Positions 59,258 to 64,000 of a stretch of DNA of 64,000 bases are shown here, one piece after another. Each line of letters opens with the position of its first letter. The first letter of the stretch is position 1. This stretch comes from an uncultured Aquimarina sp. (GTDB lineage Bacteria > Bacteroidota > Bacteroidia > Flavobacteriales > Flavobacteriaceae), in assembly GCA_947498935.1 (NCBI GenBank), contig CANMMM010000006.1:128060-192059 (forward strand), written 5' to 3'. The translations under genes were made by a program, and so were the position numbers. The notes below the pieces were generated by a model. The model did no database searches. It had not been told where the DNA came from and saw only the letters and a program-made list of their open reading frames with translations.

Positions 59258-61379
59258 TAACAGAAAAGATTCTATAACGTTTAATTTTGATGTCAGCGCA
59301 TATAGGTTACTAGGTAGAGAACTTATTACAGATAGAATAACTGCTTTATTTGAGTTAGTTAAAAATGCTTATGATGCAAATGCTGAAAATGTTTCAGTTG
59401 AATTCCAAAATATTAATCCATTAAGTACCGATTCCAAAATAATTATTAAAGATGATGGTATTGGAATGCAATTTTCTGATATTAAAAATAAATGGATGGT
59501 AATTGGTACAAGTAGTAAAAGAAGAGAGCGACTTTCTCCACCACCACATAGAAGAAAAGTGTCGGGAAAAAAAGGTGTTGGCAGGTTTGCAGTTGATAAA
59601 TTAGGAGAAAAATTAATATTAAAAACTAAAAAAAAGGAAGACAAACAATTATTATGTTTGGAAACTGATTGGTCACATTATTCTGGATTAGAGAATTCTC
59701 AATTTAAATTAAACTTTGAAGATGAAAAACCTTTTTTTACAGATGTTGAAAATAGTTATTGGTATGAAGATTCACTTAAAAATAATCAAGGAACAATACT
59801 AGAAATTTCTTTGGTAAGTGAGATATGGACAAAAGATGATATAAATAGGGCATACAAAGAATTATCTAAATTAGTATCTCCAAATACAGATATTAAAAAA
59901 ACATATCCATTTAATATTACTATTAAAGCCCCTTATGAAGGGTTTGAAAATAAAATTGTAAAGACACAATTAATAGATTTTGCTACAGAGAAAATTCAAT
60001 TATCATATAATATTGATAAAGAGACACAAGAAATATTACAGTATAACAAAATTGAAAAGTACTTGTCTATAAAAAATGTTCCGAAAAGACCTTGTGGTTT
60101 ACTTAAATTAAACATTTATTATTTTAACGAGGAAGACAAAGCTAGATATAGAAAACATTTTGGAACAACATTAGATGGTATAAAAATTTATAGAGATGGC
60201 ATTATTACAACACCATTTGCCGAATATGTTTCAGATAGAAATAAGAAAAAAGATATATTAGGAATTGATAAGAGAAGGTGGTCTGGTTTTTTCGATAGGC
60301 TCTCTAATAGGGATTTGTTAGGTTACGTTGAAATTACAGATGAAAATAATCCGAATATTATAGAATCAACTAATAGACAGGGTTTTGTAGATAATGAGGC
60401 TTGGGGGGAATTACATTCTTTTGTTATAGAGCAAATTAGTCAATTAGAACAATATTTGAGTAATTTAAAAAAGACTCAGAGAAAAGCAACTAAATCAAAT
60501 TTAGGAGGAACTAACAAAGATTTAAAAGAACTAAAGAAAGATATTGCTTTAATAAAAAAAGATGCGTCTCCTGTAGTCAAAGAAAAGCTAAAGAATATTG
60601 AAGCTAACTTAGGGAAAATACAAGGTAGTGTAAATAAAAGTATTAAGGAGTATGCTAAATTAGAGAAGGAAACCAAACAAAAAGAGAACCTCTTTTTTAG
60701 CCTTGTTTCTCTTCAAACTTATGCTGCTATGTTCTCTCATATGACAAAGCATACTATAGGTCATATTTTAACAAGTGCGGAATATTTTAATAATAATTAC
60801 CCTAATCCAAAATTAGAAAATAGGTTTATTAAAATATCTAAGAATATTTATAATGAAATGCTTAAACTCAGAAAAGGTGTAGATTTTATGCTTAAATACG
60901 CAAAGTCAGATACTGAGTTTGAAGAAATTAATTTAAAAGACCTTGTAACTAATCTATTTAATGATATCTATTATGATAGGTTTTTAAAAGAAAATATAAA
61001 TACAGAAATAGCAATTAATGAAGAACTAATTTTAAATTATAATAGAAAATCTATTGAAGATATTTTTGATAATTTAATTTCAAATTCTATAAAAGCATTA
61101 AAAGGAATTGATAATAAACACATTAAATGTAGTAGTATAACAACTAAGAATGATTTAACAATTTTATTCTCTGATAATGGAATAGGTATTAAAGAGGAAG
61201 ATAGATTTAGGATTTTCGACATTTTCTTTACTAAAACATCTGAAGATGGAGGAGCTGGAATGGGACTTTATATGGTTAAAACTAGAGTAGAAGCAATGCA
61301 AGGAAATATTGAGGTAGTTGAAAATGAGTTCAAACCTAATGGAGCTACTTTAAAAATCACATTACCATTTAAAAAATAA
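59250..61379 (+). CDS. Dual-GHKL protein: N-terminal MORC/MutL-like ATPase module, a middle region, a coiled coil, and a histidine kinase (DHp plus HATPase_c)
   Basis: N-terminal Bergerat motifs: ELVKNAYDA (res 35-43), DDGIGM (68-73), GKKGVGRFA (106-114). A K/E-rich coiled coil spans about 400-480. H-box-like FSHMTKHTIGH (495-505). HK boxes: N DNLISNSIKA (607-616), G1 DNGIGI (642-647), F FDIFF, G2 GGAGMGL (667-673). The start overlaps the MTase stop by 8 nt. Confidence 0.8.
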   Translation: MANNRKDSITFNFDVSAYRLLGRELITDRITALFELVKNAYDANAENVSVEFQNINPLSTDSKIIIKDDGIGMQFSDIKNKWMVIGTSSKRRERLSPPPHRRKVSGKKGVGRFAVDKLGEKLILKTKKKEDKQLLCLETDWSHYSGLENSQFKLNFEDEKPFFTDVENSYWYEDSLKNNQGTILEISLVSEIWTKDDINRAYKELSKLVSPNTDIKKTYPFNITIKAPYEGFENKIVKTQLIDFATEKIQLSYNIDKETQEILQYNKIEKYLSIKNVPKRPCGLLKLNIYYFNEEDKARYRKHFGTTLDGIKIYRDGIITTPFAEYVSDRNKKKDILGIDKRRWSGFFDRLSNRDLLGYVEITDENNPNIIESTNRQGFVDNEAWGELHSFVIEQISQLEQYLSNLKKTQRKATKSNLGGTNKDLKELKKDIALIKKDASPVVKEKLKNIEANLGKIQGSVNKSIKEYAKLEKETKQKENLFFSLVSLQTYAAMFSHMTKHTIGHILTSAEYFNNNYPNPKLENRFIKISKNIYNEMLKLRKGVDFMLKYAKSDTEFEEINLKDLVTNLFNDIYYDRFLKENINTEIAINEELILNYNRKSIEDIFDNLISNSIKALKGIDNKHIKCSSITTKNDLTILFSDNGIGIKEEDRFRIFDIFFTKTSEDGGAGMGLYMVKTRVEAMQGNIEVVENEFKPNGATLKITLPFKK

Positions 61380-61385
61380 TAAATT

Positions 61386-61982
61386 ATGACTGTAACTTTT
61401 GTAATTATAGATGATAATGAAGAAATAAGGGAACACGCTTTATTATTTACTCTTGAAGATAAATACCAAAATATCATTTTTTTTTCCAATCCAAGTGAAG
61501 GGTTACAATACATAAAAGGTAATTTAGATATAAATTTAATAGTCTTATTAGACATCGAATTTTCTGATAATGACAAAAAGAATGGACATATACTTCTTGA
61601 AGAAATCTATAACGCATCTGCTTTAATACCTGTTATTTTATGGAGCGGTATAAATGAAACTAAAGAAGAGTTCAGTGATTTTATTAATAATCAGGCTTTT
61701 GGTTTTTTGAGCAAAACTTCTACCATAAAAGAATCAATGGTAATAATTGATAAAGCATATAATCACTTAAAAAATAGTTTAGATAATACGATTGAAGATT
61801 GGATTATTAGTAATGAAACAGACAAAGAAAAACCTATTTATTTAACTGCTGATGGCGAAACTTATTCTTTAAATGATATTCTAAAAGAAATTAGACTACA
61901 AACGCCCATTGGTAAAGAGTTTTCATCAAAACTAAACGCATTGACCATAGATTTATTATTACGTAAAAAAGAGAATTTATAA
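61386..61982 (+). CDS. CheY-like receiver (REC) domain protein with an ~85-aa uncharacterised C-terminal extension
   Basis: The acidic pair D9-D10 (IIDDNE), D56 (VLLDIEF), S87 (ILWSG) and K110 (FLSKT) fall at the CheY D12/D13, D57, T87 and K109 spacing. No DNA-binding output domain recognised. Confidence 0.75.
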   Translation: MTVTFVIIDDNEEIREHALLFTLEDKYQNIIFFSNPSEGLQYIKGNLDINLIVLLDIEFSDNDKKNGHILLEEIYNASALIPVILWSGINETKEEFSDFINNQAFGFLSKTSTIKESMVIIDKAYNHLKNSLDNTIEDWIISNETDKEKPIYLTADGETYSLNDILKEIRLQTPIGKEFSSKLNALTIDLLLRKKENL

Positions 61983-62584
61983 TGGTTGATGTTATTGGGT
62001 TATTTGATAATGAAGATGATTCTTTAGGGCTTTTTTTTCATCTTTGCTATGAAGATTTAATAAGCTATTTAGAAAATAATCCTATAAATATATCTTATTT
62101 TAATAGCCGTAGGCTTAATGAAATTTCTATCTCATTAATAACTGATTCGTTAGGTAAATTTATAACTTTAGCATATTCTCACGGTAGTGAAACAGAATTA
62201 TTAAGAGAAAATATTCCATACATTTCTACAGAAGTTAATATCGATAAATTTTCTGATTCTTTTTTTTATACCTGCTCTTGTCATACTGGAAAAGTTTTAG
62301 GAGAAAAATTAATAAATAATGGAGCCTTAAACTATATTGGTTATCGAGATAAATTTAAAGTTTGGGGATTCAATATGAATCCCTACATTGATTGTGCTAA
62401 TTATGGAATTAAACTTTTCTTCGAAAACCATTGCACAAATGATATTATTACTTTAATGAAGGAAAAGTATACTGAACATATCGATAATTACGAAAATGAT
62501 ATTTTTGGTGCAGCTATGTTGGTTTCAAATAGAAATAGCCTTGTTAGTTTTGGAAATAACATTTCAATTAACGATTTAAGTTGA
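61982..62584 (+). CDS. Hypothetical 200-aa protein with a candidate caspase/CHAT-like (clan CD) His-Cys dyad
   Basis: The ATG overlaps the upstream TAA (TAATG). A hydrophobic strand then H-G (FITLAYSHGSE, H67) and a hydrophobic strand then C-x-x-G (FFYTCSCHTG, C100) lie 33 residues apart. This is the order and context seen in caspase/legumain/CHAT folds. The CDS call is solid; the fold assignment is motif-level inference only. Confidence 0.55.
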   Translation: MVDVIGLFDNEDDSLGLFFHLCYEDLISYLENNPINISYFNSRRLNEISISLITDSLGKFITLAYSHGSETELLRENIPYISTEVNIDKFSDSFFYTCSCHTGKVLGEKLINNGALNYIGYRDKFKVWGFNMNPYIDCANYGIKLFFENHCTNDIITLMKEKYTEHIDNYENDIFGAAMLVSNRNSLVSFGNNISINDLS

Positions 62585-63115
62585 AATTTTAAAAAAAAAG
62601 ACTTTGTAAAATCAGAGTTTAAAAACTTCAATGCTGAAAGAGTTACTAGATTTAGCATCTTCATCATCGGAATATCCAGCAGCAGTAAAGTATTGTTTAA
62701 AAAGTTCAGGGTATGATTGGGGCAGATAATATTGTACAACGAGCTGCTTAAGTTCTTGTATAATTATGTAAAATAGAGCCCGCGTTTTTTACCCAGATGA
62801 AGCGTTTGCAAAATGGCTTCAGAAAACTCTCGTGAAAACAATATAAAAGTAAGGTTTATAAGGCTAGTTTAAAATAATCTTACTACAATATAGCGACTGC
62901 GGCGTACATTTGGGAAATTTTATGCTATTGCGAAAACCTTCACGAGAATCACGTAAAAATTTTTATCACGTATATTTTATCGAATACGCGATTTATAAAC
63001 TACCTAGCAGAATATTTCAACAATGGAATTATGATGTGATGACCCGAGTAGCTACGATTACTAGGATATTTTACATAGTATTACATTATAACTACTAATG
63101 TGGCAGGCGTGTCGC

Positions 63116-63209
63116 AAAACGGCTTTGACATAATATCTGTCGATCGATATAATACGCTGGCGCGTACTTATATCTGATATTATATCAAATACGCGGTATC
63201 CGCCGTTTT
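63116..63209. other. Long imperfect nested hairpin (~94 nt) in the non-coding tail of the island
   Basis: Outer arms: aaaacggc+tttgacataatatc (63116-63137) pair with gatattatatcaaa (63176-63189) and gccgtttt (63202-63209), separated by a 12-nt bulge. Inner hairpin: gatataatacgc (63146-63157) pairs with gcgtacttatatc (63162-63174). Confidence 0.6.
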
Positions 63210-63370
63210 ACTTCAATAAACACATTTGTACTATAATTTATATTATGTAAAATAGAGTTATTCAGAACCTCCTTTTCTTTCTTATTTTATCCCACTGCAC
63301 AATAGTTACAAAAAATACTAGTTTAATTATTTTTTGTAAATTAGAATGCGATTCGTCGCAATCAGACATT

Positions 63371-63513
63371 GAAGTGATGTACTCTTATTTTATTTCTGCG
63401 ATAAATAAAGGATTTGTGACCAAATGAGTATTGTTTGTGCTATAGTAGCATTACAGCACTCAAAAACTACAACAGCCCGTTTTTATAGCTAAATAAAAAA
63501 AGTATAACACTTC
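63371..63513. repeat. MITE-like repeat, diverged complete copy at the right border of the island
   Basis: gaagtgatgtactcttattttatttctgcg...gatttgtgaccaaatgag...gcattacagcactcaaaaact...aaaaaaagtataacacttc. Confidence 0.75.
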
Positions 63514-63536
63514 ATTAATAACAACTACGCCCCATT

Positions 63537-63986
63537 ATGCAGTTCTATTCGTTTTTATGTGCTTTTATATGTTTTTTCTGTAGCCATACAGATACACCTA
63601 CCATTACACCAACTTCTTATATTGGCAAATGGAAAATTGAAGGCGGTTCTGTGATAGAACTCTATCAAAAGGATCAATTATTCTATGGCAAAATCTGTAA
63701 ACGTACCGCAAATCCGAGATGTAATCTGAATGGTTTAGATAACAAAAACCCTGACAAAACATTGCGCTCACGATCATTAATCGGTATTGATATCATAAAC
63801 AATCTATCCTATGATACTGAAGATCAGGAATTATCTGGCGGTACGATCTATAATGCAGACAGCGGAAAAACATACACCGTAAAAATGTGGATTACTACAG
63901 ATGATGTAAACACCTGTTTTATAAGAGCCTATAAAGGATTTCTATTCAAAACCTTTACTGCTACACGCGTTTTGGAGCATGATTAA
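63537..63986 (+). CDS. DUF2147-family secreted protein
   Basis: Signal peptide, then GKWKIEGGSVIELYQKDQLFYGKI...NKNPDKTLRSRSLIG...GGTIYNADSGKTYTVKM, typical of DUF2147. Confidence 0.75.
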   Translation: MQFYSFLCAFICFFCSHTDTPTITPTSYIGKWKIEGGSVIELYQKDQLFYGKICKRTANPRCNLNGLDNKNPDKTLRSRSLIGIDIINNLSYDTEDQELSGGTIYNADSGKTYTVKMWITTDDVNTCFIRAYKGFLFKTFTATRVLEHD

Positions 63987-64000
63987 TCCTTGACTACAAT

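Noticed and set aside
58142-62584. Interpretation as a conventional Type II R-M system, or as an MTase plus Vsr pair.
   Set aside because: None of the three downstream proteins shows a PD-(D/E)xK, HNH, GIY-YIG or Vsr-like motif that I can recognise. They show GHKL/HK, REC and His-Cys dyad features instead. A cryptic nuclease in the middle region of the 709-aa protein (residues ~200-400) cannot be excluded without profile searches.
59250-62584. Interpretation as a canonical Detocs system.
   Set aside because: The HK-plus-REC logic is similar. However, there is only one REC-containing protein, and the putative effector is a separate non-REC protein. The sensor is a GHKL module rather than TPR-like repeats, and an MTase and an HTH gene are co-transcribed. 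At best it is a distant variant.
62488-63098. ORFs 62488-62739(-) and 62910-63098(+) in the island tail.
   Set aside because: The first overlaps the 3' end of the 200-aa gene in antisense and is Leu/Phe/Asn-rich. The second spans inverted repeats and has no coding-like features.
62763-63257. The 16-bp direct repeats as a target-site duplication of an insertion into the truncated minus-strand gene.
   Set aside because: Removing the intervening 479 bp does not restore an open reading frame. The frame upstream of the second copy hits a stop immediately.
3600-63513. Possibility that the abundant repeats form a CRISPR array.
   Set aside because: Copies are tens of kb apart and in both orientations. 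They are 90-160 bp long with internal inverted repeats and are never regularly spaced with unique spacers. No cas genes are present.
57250-63537. Prophage, ICE or integrative-element borders (tRNA, integrase, att repeats) around the AT-rich island.
   Set aside because: No tRNA-like sequence, recombinase or transposase ORF was found on either strand. The only direct repeat (16 bp at 62763 and 63242) lies within the right-hand non-coding tail and does not flank the operon.

Overview
This is a chromosomal segment whose gene content and AT-rich composition fit a Flavobacteriia-like Bacteroidota genome; that assignment is inference, since no search was run. Most of the window is ordinary housekeeping: aroC, gcvT, recQ, dnaX, ettA, tsaE, miaE, bshA, rnpB, alanine dehydrogenase, an acyl-CoA carboxyltransferase, transporters and secreted peptidases.

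Four things stand out.

1. At about 57.4-62.6 kb there is a markedly more AT-rich island. It carries a tightly coupled five-gene operon: a small XRE-type HTH protein, a C-5 cytosine DNA methyltransferase, a 709-aa protein with two GHKL ATPase domains (an N-terminal MORC/MutL-like module and a C-terminal histidine kinase), a CheY-like receiver protein, and a 200-aa protein with a caspase/CHAT-like His...Cys dyad. No restriction endonuclease is recognisable. I read this as a candidate undescribed methyltransferase-linked two-component defence or abortive-infection system.

2. dnaX is split at an A10 tract that contains the classical A_AAA_AAG slippery heptamer. The logic is inverted relative to E. 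coli: the 0 frame gives the short product and the -1 frame gives the full-length tau-like product.

3. Intergenic space is saturated by two repeat families. One is a ~90-bp REP-like element (8 copies), 6 of which lie just 3' of a gene in sense orientation. The other is a ~160-bp MITE-like element with terminal inverted repeats (at least 9 near-full copies plus fragments). A third 2-copy ~95-bp repeat is also present.

4. There is an adenylation domain with no carrier domain, fused to a multi-pass membrane region and an FNR-like C-terminus.

No rRNA, tRNA, CRISPR array, transposase or integrase was recognised. All calls come from reading the sequence and the ORF track.
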